A stretch of 64,000 bases of DNA, taken from assembly GCA_951406725.2 (NCBI GenBank), contig OX597814.1:54870001-54934000 (forward strand). The letters run 5' to 3'. Both the position numbers and the translations under genes were made by a program. This DNA comes from Octopus vulgaris (Eukaryota). This document shows positions 47,183-60,269 of the stretch, one piece after another (positions within the stretch are counted from its first letter, which is position 1; each line of letters starts with the position of its first letter). The notes beneath the pieces were generated by a model. The model ran no database searches and was not told the origin of the DNA. It saw only the letters and a list, made by a program, of their open reading frames with translations.

Positions 47183-47365
47183 CAGTTCTATATTTAAGAG
47201 ATGAGGAATTATGTACATTATTTACATTATTTACAATTGACGGATATTTGTCCTCATCTTGTTTGTTATTAACACAACGTTTCGGCTGATATACCCTCCA
47301 GCCTTCATCAGGTGTCTTGGGGAGATTTCAAACCTGGATTCTCATTCCTAAGGTATTTTTCGATG
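47183..47365 (-). mobile_element. 3' body of a tRNA-headed, hammerhead-containing SINE
   Basis: Follows the (AAT)(AAG)(AAC) tract on the minus strand. Contains the hammerhead at 47271-47316 and short (taaataatg)2 repeats. Confidence 0.7.
47271..47316 (-). ncRNA. Minimal type I hammerhead ribozyme (Penelope-type)
   Basis: GACAC-CUGAUGA-A-GGCUG(GAGGGUAUAU)CAGCC-GAAA-CG-UU-GUGUU. Perfect core, 5-bp stems I and II, palindromic AACGUU in place of stem III, GUU cleavage triplet. Confidence 0.85.
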
Positions 47366-47427
47366 TTGTTGTTGTTGTTGTTGTTCTTCTTCTTCTTCTT
47401 CTTCTTCTTCTTCTTCTTCTTCTTCTT

Positions 47428-47508
<81 letters not shown>

Positions 47509-47511
<3 letters not shown>

Positions 47512-49592
47512 TAGTTTTATTTTTATAGCGTGCTTTCACTTCACTACCGAGCACAGCTCTGTGTGCCTTGGGTATGTGCTGTGATTTGTTGTGATGCTCT
47601 GATGGTTATTGTATGGAAAGTGTTCTGCGTAGGATGTGTGCAGTGCCTAGTAGTGCAATTTTCTGTATGTTATATGTGTTTGTAAGTCCTGGTGTTTTTG
47701 TTATGTATTTGTCTGAATATTTTTTTATCATGCCTGATGCACCTACTATGATAGGAATTGTTTCTGTTTTCAGATTCCACATTCTAGTTACCTCTATTTC
47801 CAGGTCTTTGTATTTTGAGAGTTTCTCCATTTCTTTTAGAGATACGTTGTCATCAGCCGGTATTGATACATCAATTAGAAAGCATTTTTTTCTTCATGAT
47901 CTCTGACAACTATATCTGGTCTGTTGGCCTTAATTTCTCTATCTGTGTGTATCGGCATATCCCAGAGTATGGTTGCTTTCTCGTTTTCTGTGACCTTTTC
48001 TGGTGTGTGCCTATACCATCTTTTTTCTGTTGTTATTCCATAATGTTGGCATAGCTTCCAGTGTATGTAGGTTCCAACTCTGTCATGTCTGTGAATATAT
48101 TCCTTCTTAGTCAAGACTGGGCAGCTAGAGATAATATGATTTATTGTTTCTTGTCTATCTCCACATATTCTGCAGTTACTTGTAATATTTATTTTCATTA
48201 CATGTTTTTGGTAATTTCTGGTGGGGAGGCTTTGGTCTTGTGCTGCAATTAAAAATCCCTCTGTTTCTGCTTTGAGTCCTGAGCTTCTCAACCATTGCTG
48301 GGATTTTTCTTTGTCTATTTCTTTTACGTTTAGTTTAGTCCAGTATTTACCATGAAGGGGCTTTTCTTGCCATCGTTTTATCATGGTTCGTTGCTGTTCT
48401 ATTTTTAGTTTGGATTTCATTTGTTTTATAGCTTTTGTTGTTTCTTCATCTTCTTCTTCTTCATGTTTATTAGGTGGTATGATTTCTTGTTTGTATTTGT
48501 CAGCTTCCTTAAATACTGAGAACAGGGTTTTGTTTTGCTCGTGTTTTGCCGCTATCTGGATCAGTTTTCCTTCCTTCTGAAGTAGATATTTTTGCAGTCC
48601 TATGGTGGTTATTTTATAGTAGTTTTCCAGCTGTATAAGGCCTCTACCACCTTCTATACGTTGTATATATAGTCTTTCTATGTCAGATTTTGGGTGATGC
48701 ATCCTAGATCCTGTCATTATTTTCTTGTTTTCCTATCTATTTTGGTCAGTTCATTTCGTGTCCAGTTAAGGATATTGTAGCTGTAACTTATAACTGGGAC
48801 AGCTAAAGTGTTGATACCTATTATCTTGTTTTTAGCATTGAGCTCTGTGTTTAGTATTGATCTAAATCGTCTATAATATTCTTTTTTTATTTTCTCTTTC
48901 ATTTGTGTGTGTTGTGTCTTATCTAGTTCATGGATTCCTAAGTATTTGTAAGTTTGGCTTTGGTCTAATTCTTTTATTTCATTGGTTTTATCTAGTGTGA
49001 TGTTGTTACTCTTAACTAGTTTTCCTCTTTTCAGGGTTACTTTGGCGCATTTTTCTAATCCAAATTTCATATCTATTTCTTTGGTAAATCCATGAACTGT
49101 CTTTAATAGTGTTTCCAGCTGTTTGTCATTTGCAGCGTATAGTTTTAGATCATCCATATATAAAAGGTGGCTGATCGTTTTGCCGTAACATTTATATCCG
49201 CATCCAGTTCTGTTTAGCATATCAGATAGAGGTGACAGTGCCAAGCAGAAAAGGAGTGGAGAGAGCGTGTCTCCCTGGAATATTCCTCTTCTAATGGGGA
49301 TGTCTTTGGTTTTCATGAGTCCCTCTTTTGTTTGGAGGTGTAGGACTGTTTGCCATTTATTCATAGAGTGCTCTATGAATTTTATGATTGTTGGTGCTAC
49401 TTTGTTAATGGCTAGTGTTTCGAGGATCCATGTGTGGGGGATGCTATCAAACGCCTTTTTGTAGTCAATCCAGGCCATACTGAGGCCTTTCTTCTTTCTG
49501 TGGCTGTCTTCAGTTATGGCTTTATTAATCATTAGTTGATCTTTACAGCCATATGAGCCTTTGCGGCATCCTTTCTGCTCTTCTGGGAACAG

Positions 49593-49594
<2 letters not shown>
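47509..49594 (-). mobile_element. R4/Dong-like family A, longer 5'-truncated copy including RT
   Basis: Near-identical to 12026-13272 over the overlap, including the 3'UTR. TAA tracts on both sides. Confidence 0.95.
47606..49594 (-). pseudogene. RT plus CCHC plus RLE ORF with two 1-bp frameshifts
   Basis: EEQKGCR, WIDYKKAFDSIPH, GIFQGDTLSPLLFCLAL, HLLYMDDLKLY, YKYLG, then the family A C-terminus. Frame breaks at ~48720 and ~47888, both in homopolymer runs. Confidence 0.93.
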
Positions 49595-49645
<51 letters not shown>

Positions 49646-49670
49646 CATTATTATTATTATTATTATTATT

Positions 49671-49745
49671 CAGGTCATTGCCTGGAATTGAACTCAGAAT
49701 CTTGGGGTCAGTAGCCCGCGCTCTTAACCACTACGCCATATGCCC
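49671..49745 (-). mobile_element. tRNA-derived SINE head (Pol III A and B boxes)
   Basis: gggcata-TGGCGTAGTGG-ttaagagcgcgggctactgaccccaagattct-GAGTTCAATTCC-aggcaatgacctg, then (AAT)n. The acceptor stem does not close, so it is not a functional tRNA. Confidence 0.85.
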
Positions 49746-50783
49746 ATATTGTAAATAATGTATTCTGTCTTTTTCCCTTCATCGTTCTCATCCTCTCTTG
49801 TAACTCTTTCTCTTCTCCCTCTTCTCCCTCTTCTCCCTCTTCTTCTTCTTCTTCTTCTTCTTCTTCTTCTTCTTCTTCTTCTTCTTCTTCTTCTTCTTCA
49901 CTGTCTCTCTCTGTCTCTCTGTCTCTCTCTCTCTCTCATCAGACAATTATAATAGTCAGATGTTTTCTTATAAGAAGGTTCCTATCTCAAGTGGTAGTCA
50001 CCACCGAAGCAGTAAACGCTTTCTAAATAGGACTTTCATACTTACCTTGGTGGGATTCACCACCCTCAAGTTTATGACAGAATCATGTAGTCAATATAGA
50101 ATTGTATATCTAAGTGTCGAGATGTACGCTCACATATTTGTTTTGGTTAATCTTTATTCCTGTTAACATATGGCAAACTTCCATTTTGGCAGTGGAGCCG
50201 GTGGCTTCAGTAAAAACTAATCAGTATGTCTAATTTCTGAAGTAAATAAAGTTGAAAGCCAACGACAACTAGACGCAGAAACTCCTGTCAAGTTAAAAGC
50301 ATGAAAATGACTATGACCGTTTCTGACCAATGATCATACAATGAGACTGCCCATGTGGATATTGTTAAGACAACTTGTGGATCTAATGCTCGATAAGAGA
50401 ACTGAATTTTGAATCTTTTACAAGAATAACAAATGTACTTCTGGTTGACTTTATCAACTATTATTGACTCAACTAGTTTGATTATTTTTGTGATGTATTG
50501 CATTATGTAGATAATGTCTAAATACTGGAAGGGGATTTTAAAAATCATAAAACTTATACAATTTTAAGTGTGTGCAACGACAAAATAAATTTTATTTAAA
50601 ACTCCTACTTTGTTAAATAATGTAAGGCGGCTATTCTATTTGTGATGAATGATTCTTAGTCTAATGCACGAAGAACGTAACGTCAAGTTTAATGTTAACT
50701 GTATTACTGTTGCTGAAATCAGTATTAGTAACTCAAAGTTATTCTTAGATTTTTATGCTTATCTCGCGTAATAAATAATAACG

Positions 50784-50851
<68 letters not shown>

Positions 50852-50867
50852 TATAATTTTGTTATAT

Positions 50868-51258
50868 CACTTGTTACAGTCACTGGATTGCGACCATGCT
50901 GGAGTACCGCATTGGAAGTCAAATCAAATCCAGTAAATATATTCAGTCTGGTACAAATTCTATCTCATTCTATTTGCGGAACCTTTAAGTAACTGGTTCA
51001 TAAACAAACGAAAGCCTGTATTCAAGCGGTGGTGAGTACAAATTCAAAGATGCGCGCGTACACACACATGGACATATGTATATATGTTTGTATGTGCATG
51101 ACAGACGTCATACATTTTTCGTCGACCAAATTTGGTCGCAAGCCGTTGGTGGGCACAAGGCTATAAAAGAAGGCACTTGACTAAAGTGCGTCACAGCTGG
51201 GCTGAACTTGAAACCATCTGCTGGCGAAACTAATTTCTTAAATGCACAGCTATTCCTT
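50868..51258 (-). mobile_element. SINE family 1, old degenerate copy
   Basis: acttgttacagtcactggattgcgaccatgctggagtaccgc...ggctataaaagaaggcacttg. Confidence 0.65.
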
Positions 51259-53639
51259 TTAAATCATATAACCATTCTTTTGCATCTTTGATTTCCTTAA
51301 ATATTTGTGAAATATGTTAATATCTTTATATAATTTTCTACTCAATATACTGAACGAAATATTACAACAATGTGAAACTTATACGATAATTCCTTGAAAA
51401 TTTTATTATTTACGCATTTCATCTTACAACTATGTAGCACACATGCTATTAACATTAACGATAATAATCGGAGACAGTACACAGGTGTAATAGTTATAAA
51501 TGACTATGTTTATAAAAAAGTATTTTTATCTCCAGGTGTATTTCAACAAACAATAGCATTTTAGCGAACCTATGTTAACTGATCCATGCATACATGCATT
51601 TATACAAACATTAGCATATATTTCTTATACAAATCTTTCCACTTATAAAGCTTCGCATGTATTTACAAAGTGGTCTGTAAATATAACATTCAGTGTACCT
51701 TGTCAATCTTTTGGTTGCTCGACGCAGATTTTCTTTGCTTTTCTTTGAATGAAAAGTAAGGTGGAAGGGAGATGATTGGCTAAACAATCCAGTAATGTAT
51801 AAACATTTTTATCAATAATTCTAGACACAAAAGTAAACTCTCTTAGGGAATAAAGCAGTATACACTAAGCAAGCAGGAGGTAAGTGTATTTTATCAAAAT
51901 GACTGTGTTTTATTTTATCAAATACTCTTAAGTAAAGAAATAAAATCAAAAGCTAGCGGATATTCATGAAAAAGATTGCTTGTCTATATAAACAAAAGTC
52001 ATGTTGAAATTTCAAACACAACCTCACTATTTCCGGTAAGTAACCAAGTTGGATTAAAATGTTTGCGCAGACATTTAGAACTTCGCGAAATTTATTCTAA
52101 ACAACACAATTCGGTTAATTTAAAATGGGCATCAGTTTAATTTTAGGGGGTTCTAGTGTGAAGGCATTAACTTCAAGTTTGCTTTCCATTAGAATTTAAT
52201 AACTTTATTGAAATGTTAAGCATCAAATGTAATATCTCTATCGAATACTCTCACCCATGTTTAGATAACGATGATAAATACAGCTCAAACCTCCAATTTT
52301 GAACATGTTCTGCTTAATATCAGAGCTTGTTTTAATTACGTCTTGAGAAGAAAATAGCTTAACATTAGCAATAATGACAACTGCAACAAAATGTCATCTG
52401 CTTTCCGCAAATAAATTTAAATCTATTAGACATGTCAATTTCACTCCTTATCTCTCAAGTACTTTTTTCACATTATAAAAAACAGGTTTATTACCTTATT
52501 ATTTAAAGAAAACCATGCCATATGTGTATAATACTAAATAATGTGATCATTTTTTTCTTATCCTTTGTTTTCTAAAGGAAATAGTTTTTCTGCTTTTGAC
52601 AATTGTCATCTGTCATTATTCAAGTAGCAATGCTACTTAATAAAAACAATTTTTAAAAATCCATCAAAATTTTATAGAAATGTTAGTTGCCATTAACTCT
52701 ATGAAACTATTGTAATGATTCTCAGAATAAATTATAGGGAAGCCATGAGTAAGTTATACTACTTTGTTACTTGTTATGCTGCTAATTCCTTTTTCTACCT
52801 TTTTCTCTCCCCTTTTCCTCCCTCACCAAATTACAGTAAACTTTCTTCCGCAAATCTTTAATCAAGTTTCTTCCTTAAAATATTAATGGGTCAATCTGAA
52901 CAGAAGTTATTCTGAAAATAATGTCAAACATATTAGCTTCAAATATTTCAAATTATCTCTTCGAATCTACTGAGAAATCAAAACCGCTAGCCGTATTGAA
53001 ATCAATAATACAAGGGTACTTTGGGCAACAATTCAAATATAACTCTTCATTCACATTTAACCTTCCACATCCCAGCCTTACATATTATGTAAAACCTTCA
53101 ATCTCTTCATGAATTTCCATCACAGTGGACATGACGTCCTAGTTTCGAAGATACGTACAGTCGTTGCACATATAAAGAAAATAGTTGTATATTATTACAA
53201 CCTCAGTTATTCTTAAACAACCCAATTTAAACCATCAAATTCGCTACAAACAGCAGATGTAACTCTCACTGATGATCCCTAATGGCAATTTCACGTGTAC
53301 TAAATTGCCTAAATGACAACTAAAAGAAACAAAAAAATATTTCAAGAAGGTTCTACGCTCGAGTATTACTAACATGTTTGGTTACGGTGCTACTTCTACG
53401 CTAGCGTTTTAGATTGTTTCTAAATGAAGCTTATCCATCTTACGTGATAACGAGAAGCGAAGAGAATATATACTTTAAGGAAAATTTTATGCCCCTTGGT
53501 GAAAGCTCACGACAGTTTAAAGCTATAAAATCTTGTCCCATAACTTTAACAAGAGATTGTAATGAGCAAGTTTAAGTAGTTTCTAAAAAGCAAATATATT
53601 GCTTTTCATTCATCTATTCGCGAAACCAATGTGATTCGG

Positions 53640-54072
53640 TTAGTCAATATTTAGAAAGCTTAATATTTTCTAGTTATTACATTGGGAAACACAAATTTGG
53701 TGCCTGAGTTATTTGACATCTTTTAAAGTAAATTTTAGTTGGTGATTTTAAATATGCCATCAAATTTCCTCCATCTGCTCTGATTATTGTTATACAAATC
53801 GGTATTGTTGCCTTTTCGATAAACAATGGCTTAATACAAGGAAAATATGGTTATTTATGATTAAATTATATCCATAGAATTGGATGATAGTGAAACAACA
53901 GTAGAAGGTTACCTTTGATATAATATTCATGTACTCAGTTATCTTACGAAAGTGGCGTTCCAGAGACTTCCTTTGATGGCGAAGTGTCGCAGGAGAATCA
54001 CGTTGAATGGTCAAGCAGTAATTCACCATTATATGAGTATCCCAGTGTCCTCGGAACCTTCCTTCCATAGTT
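53640..54072 (-). mobile_element. Chapaev3-like (CMC) transposon 3' remnant
   Basis: ORF 53790..54086 contains MEGRFRGHWDTHIMVNYCLTIQRD, resembling the ME.RYQG.W...MMADYCW...RD transposase C-terminus. Family assignment is from recalled motif only. Confidence 0.6.
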
Positions 54073-54074
54073 TC

Positions 54075-54278
54075 CACCCCTATCACTTGACAACCGATGT
54101 TCTTTGTTATTACGTGCCCATAGGCTAGCGCTTCGGCAAAAGTGACCGATACAACAAGTACTAAGCTTACAAAGAATAAGTTCCGGGGTTGATTTGTTCG
54201 ACTAAAACCCCTTAAGGCGGTGCTCCAACATGGCCGCAGTCAAATGACTGCAACAAGTAAAAGAATAAAAGAAAAGAA
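54075..54278 (+). mobile_element. SINE family 1, 3' half
   Basis: cacttgacaaccgatg...ttcggcaaaagtgaccgat...gatttgttcgactaaaacccc...gtaaaagaataaaag. Confidence 0.85.
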
Positions 54279-54309
54279 TAGATTATATATATATGTGTAT
54301 ATATATATA

Positions 54310-55097
54310 CATTATATCATTATATTCAAGGATAAAATCTATATAGGGTGTTATCGAGTAGCTAGCATGTAATAAACCATTGAGGTAAAAAATTAATACA
54401 AAGTATTTAATTTTATAAATATAATTATAATAAGGGCAACTTATTGAGTAGCGCCACAAAACTAGAAATCACGCTATGGCTAAACCTTGTAAAATAATCT
54501 TTTTTGTTAATTTCCCTCGCTTTCAGCCCGTGTCTGTGTGATAAATAAGGTAATTTTAGAGCCATTTTAGGTTTACTTCTAGCATGTGGCGCTACTCAGT
54601 AGTTGCCCTTATTACCTCCGCCTTAGGGAAAGCGGAGGTATTGTTTTCAGTCACGTTTGTTTGCTTGTTTGTCCGTGGACAAGATATCTCAGGAACCTAT
54701 AGATGAATTCGGATGAAACTTTCATGGTTGCTTGGCCTCGTGACTGGCACGAACTGATTAGATTTTGGGATCGATCCGGTATCGGATAAGGATTCTGGAT
54801 TATTTTCCGGTTTTTCACTTAATTTGTAAGAGCGGTCGGGTTCATTTTTAGCATTCTCGTTTGTGAGAGCAGTCGAGGTTATTTCAGATATTCTCATTTT
54901 AAAAATCATTCCTGGTTAACTGTTGAGAGGACGTTGGTGTTGCCTTGACGAAGGTTTGCGCTCAATGCGTGCTCTTGTTATAATTATATTTATAAAATGA
55001 AATACTTCGTATTAATTTTTTACCAAAATGGTTTATTATATGCTAGCTGCTTGATAAAATCCTATATAGATTTTATCCTTTATTATAATGATCAATA
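54310..55097. mobile_element. Long fold-back (MITE-like) element interrupted by a HINE-like insertion
   Basis: 54310-54430 is the inverted homologue of 54979-55097. 54430-54468 is the inverted homologue of 54575-54612. Confidence 0.75.
54612..54979 (+). mobile_element. Helentron-associated non-autonomous element (HINE/DINE-1-like)
   Basis: 5' ttacctccgcc with nearby inverted gcggaggta, a (GTTT)-like repeat, 3' subterminal ccttgacgaaggt, stem-loop gcgctcaatgcgtgc, and TT ends. Confidence 0.75.
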
Positions 55098-55374
55098 TGA
55101 ATTCATTTAAACCGAATTTATTCGCTGCTGAATCATTTTGGTTATTCATACGTGGCTGAGATGAGCGAACTAAATTTAATTTGTAAATAAATGTGAACAT
55201 TTATATATGTACTATGGATATGTTGTGTTCGTATGGTATGTATAAATGCTTATAAGTATGTACTTTTTTGTTCGTTTCCCTCGCTTTCGGCCTGTATCTA
55301 TGTGATAAATAAGGTAGTTTTAGAGCCATTTGGTGTCTACTTCTAGCATGTGGCGCTACTCAGTAGTTACCCTT

Positions 55375-55412
<38 letters not shown>

Positions 55413-55572
55413 CGCGCGTGTGTGTGTAGAAAGAAGGTACGCTTGCGTTTTGTGATGTTGGTTTTATTTTGAATACTTCTAATTTTATTGAGTTGCAATA
55501 TTTACGTTCTCATAGTATTCGTGAACGGTTTTTATATACTGGATGTGATTCCTTATTTTCTCTCAGTCCCCC

Positions 55573-55610
<38 letters not shown>

Positions 55611-57748
55611 CCTGTCACTCTTCTCCCTCTCTCCCCCTCTCTCTGTATTGTGGTGCAAAAACATTTTCCTAAATTATTGTGACATGGAAGTCAAGTCTAA
55701 TGATAAAATATGTCGTTTCCTAAAGATATTTTGGGACCGTTAATTTCGTATGGCAATACTTTTTTATATTTCTGTAGGATGTTTACTTTTACTTTTGAGT
55801 GTGAAATGCAAGAATTTGTCAATACATTATGAGTGGAATTGTGGTGTTGAGAACGGCCAGAATAATAATATGTCACTTCCGATTCATATCGCCGTTGTTA
55901 TTGTTGTGACTTGTGAAATATGATGTACGTCATGTTTTAATAAATAACATATGTTATCGCATTTGTGTGAAATATTACTTAACACCAAGGTTTGCACAAA
56001 GCTAAAAATTTGTTTATTACTAAATTATTGCTTTCGTCATCGTGAAGTGTTGGGCAGCGAGTTTCTTTGACCGTTTCTACTTGTTGAGGTTTCTTTGTCT
56101 GATCATCATTTCAGCAGTTTTGTAGCATTTTATAATGAAACATTCAGCATGCAATAATTAATCAGAGAACAGCATCAGCAATTGACTGGCACACATTTAC
56201 GACTGTGTAGACTGAAGTATCACAAAATAAAGTGCTTTGGTCAAGGATACAGTCCACTTCCCTTTCCAGGAATTGAATCGACAAACTTATGATCTTGAGC
56301 GGAACACTCTACCCACTAGATTACTCGCCGCACCATCTCTCCCAGAAATATCTCAAAAGTTTTCATGAAGAGAGCATACCTCGGACAAAACTAAATGAAT
56401 TTGAGAAATGATGCCAAGTGAAATGGGTACATGAATTATAATGTAAAAAATGCTGAATCCGATTAAATTATTGGTGGGCTGCGTTGGCAAAAGTTACACA
56501 ATGAAATACATGGGCTTCGATAAGTTTGTTTAGAATGGACTGCAGAAACAAGTGGCATTTCTGGACTAACCCATCATCTTATGGAAAATAAAATTTTCAA
56601 CTTGAAAAATATATTTTTCTGCAGATGAGTGGGAGCAGTGAGTGTACTGGGCTACTGACATCCGTTTGGTCGAAACGAAGAAAGTTTTCTGCACAAACAT
56701 CTTAGATCCGATTGTGGGCTATGTCCTGTCTGCCAGCGTCAGTAATCTCTCCACAACGAATTATAAAGGATACAAGCATTGCTCATCATTTCAGCACGCA
56801 GTGCGCACAGGTCACCCCACCACCACAGCCGCCACCTACACTATTAAATTAAAATGTTGAAAATAAAAGATCGCATGAACTTGTAAAAGGCAAGTTCTCT
56901 TTTCACAATAAACACCAACTCACACAGATCCTACCGAGATATGTTCAACTACACCAAAACCTTAATTTCTTTTGTTATGCTTCAGAATACTACTACATGA
57001 CCACCCTACAACTACAATTTTTACCACCCATTCTGGACAAATTCAAATATCATATGCACACAAGCATCATTAGTCTCAAAGGTTGTACTGGAATACACAT
57101 CCAGAGATAAATGTATTAAAACAGTAACTTTAACATTTCATCATATCACACCCTACTGTCTTGGAAAAGAGAAAATAGGGTGTATTGGATAATAATGCAG
57201 TGAGCGATAAATAAAAATTTAGATTGTTTGCTACTGGAATGCCTTTGATGATGCGTCTGCTTCAGCTGACCTGAATTGGGTTAAATAAAAACGAGAATAT
57301 GGGAATATATTGGACACAGTTGAAAAAAGCAGTATGCCTAATCGGTGATAGAGCACTGCATACCACAAAAGCACGAGTGTGCAAGTGATCTTCACCTAGC
57401 CTCAGCATCGTACATCTGACCCACTGAAGATGTGAGTTGTACCGGACCTCCTAAAATATAAGACCTAGACTACAAGAAATCAATATTATTAGCTAATTAT
57501 GTGAAGAATTTTCAGCTAAAATAAATTAGAGAGAATTAAGAAAATATAAGCATATTCAACGAATTAGATAAGTGCATTTTCTCTATGTTTTCTTTTTAAA
57601 AGCGTAACATAGAAAGTCATTAGATAAATACAAACGTGTTTCTATGAATATTCTTAGTATTGTATTCTGGTATATATACATACATATATGCATATACATG
57701 CAAATATATATACATACATATATATACATATATATATATATAGACATA

Positions 57749-57784
<36 letters not shown>

Positions 57785-57861
57785 GACATATATATATAGA
57801 CATATATATATATATATATATACTTATATACATATATACATACATACATACTTATACACAA

Positions 57862-57892
<31 letters not shown>

Positions 57893-59149
57893 AATATGAG
57901 TGTATGTATGTTTGTATGGATGGATACGCACACATACCATATGTATGCAATTAATTGTTCACTTGTTTTATTTTTTATTGAAACGTATGTTTGCTATTGA
58001 AGCCCGTTACCAAGTACAAATAAAACCAGTCTATTTTTGATTCAAAATATATTTATTTAAATGATGCTGTCTTTTAGTCTAATTTGATTTACCTACAGCA
58101 CTATGAATTCATGAATTCTTAAGCAAAATGTTTCTGTTAATCATTTAAATTCTAACAATAATATTTCTTATTAGGTTATCCTTTGTGTAACTCACAATAG
58201 ATACAGTAACAATTTCGTAAGGAGGATTTTTTGCTATAATTTATGTATTTCTTTTACACAATTGAAAATGTTTTCACAAAATGTCTTATTTCCTCAACTT
58301 ACTTGTTTCATTAATTTTTCCTATTCCGTATTTCTTCGCCTGCTGTTTATTTTGAATACTTGCCCAAAACATTCACGTATGGTTCTGAGCCTTAAATGTA
58401 GTAGATTTAACTGAATCACGACAGACGAAGCTAAGTTTTTATAATTTTAAGCTTAGATATTAACTCTTAACTCACCTCGAAGATTTCTTTGAACAAAGTT
58501 TAGTTATAATAAATATATGCGTTTCTTATATATAATTATAGCTTTGTATTAACACTTATAGTCATTCTGTCTGGAAATTGCAACAACAATATAAATGTAT
58601 TTACTTCATTTCCAAGGTTTGTGATTATATTTTATCATCGGTTATATTGTAATTAGTGTTTAATTAACCGGTGATAATTTAACTGGCGAGAAAGATGAAA
58701 GTTAGGCGCCATTCAGTTATTTATGAGATAATATCAACAATAAACGCCTAAATTTTGAAGAAGAATTTCGCAATTTTTTATAAAGAGAGCACACTTTGTA
58801 CAAAAAATAAATGCACAGAACTGTTTTACATCTAGAATTGCTTATTCTTACTAAAATATGTGCATAAATTAAAATGCAAAAAAGCAGAATCCGCGGAAAT
58901 TACTGGTGGTCTGCATCGACAACAATTACACATGGTTTTTGGCAAGATTTTTTTTAGCATGAGTTGTAGAAACAACTCATATTTCCACACTGACCCTTCA
59001 TCTTAAGGAAAATAAAATTTTCCGCTTGAAGAGTATATTTTTCTGCAGACGAGTGAGTGCAGTGGATGTACCGGGTCGGATAATTATGTAGTTAAACTGT
59101 TTCGTGCACTTATCTGGAGGACCTCATTACATGAGAAACATTGATGCGA

Positions 59150-59202
<53 letters not shown>

Positions 59203-59219
59203 CACACACACACACATAT

Positions 59220-59252
<33 letters not shown>

Positions 59253-59319
59253 GTATATACACATTCATATACAACATATATGTACGTATTCATACATGTA
59301 TGTATGTATGTATGTATGA

Positions 59320-59386
<67 letters not shown>

Positions 59387-59390
<4 letters not shown>

Positions 59391-59586
59391 GAAAGCGGTT
59401 GGCCTAGTGGTTCGAGTATTATGCCTACGATCGGCCTTGTCACATTCTGCCCCACACTCACTCTCCCTGGGAACTACGTTAAGAGAGTGTGTCTGTGGAG
59501 TGCTCAGCCACTTGCACGTTGATTTCACAAGCAGTGTTCCGTTGATCAGACCTCGAACACTCATCGTCGTAACCGACGGAGTGCCA
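59387..59586 (+). mobile_element. SINE family 3, internally deleted
   Basis: A box tggcctagtgg joined directly to the body ccttgtcacattctg...cgtcgtaaccgacggagtgcc. Confidence 0.8.
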
Positions 59587-59606
59587 TTTTTTATGTGTGT
59601 GTGTGC

Positions 59607-59651
<45 letters not shown>

Positions 59652-59662
59652 CGTGTGTGTGC

Positions 59663-59704
<42 letters not shown>

Positions 59705-60269
59705 GTGTGTGTGTGTGTGCGTGCGTGCGTGCGTGTGTGTGTACCGCTTTGGCAATAGTCATATCACATAATCTCCTCGAGTTTATTAGTGAAGTCTGAA
59801 GTGATGGTGCTCTTCCCATTGCAGGAACAATGGATATGATTTTCACACCAAGGCATACAGAAAAAGCGTTATGAGCAGAATATTGATCGGAACGAGGTTT
59901 GCATTGCTTTACAAAAGGTTTTTTAATACTGTGAATAGCACCTCCTTGTGGAAAATAATCATCAAACGCAGTTGTCTGCGTCACTTTGTATCGATAATTA
60001 TGTAATTTCATGATAAGATGGAGACATGAGTCTAAGCCGACGGTAACATAGTGGGACACATTCCTCCGAAAATTGTGTCAAATACGGTGAGACTTTCGCT
60101 GTTACTTTCATTCATGTTTTTATCCCTGGGTGTTCTGGGATATATGTGAGATACCGGTCTTCTAGTTGCCTCTCAACCTTTGTCGATCTGCTGCCAATAC
60201 GAAGATTTTTCTGTCTCTTATTCATAACCTCCTTTATACGGCTGATTGCGACTCAGTGGTTCATACAGT

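Noticed and set aside
49671-49745. Functional tRNA gene
   Set aside because: A and B boxes are present but the acceptor stem does not pair. It is a SINE head.
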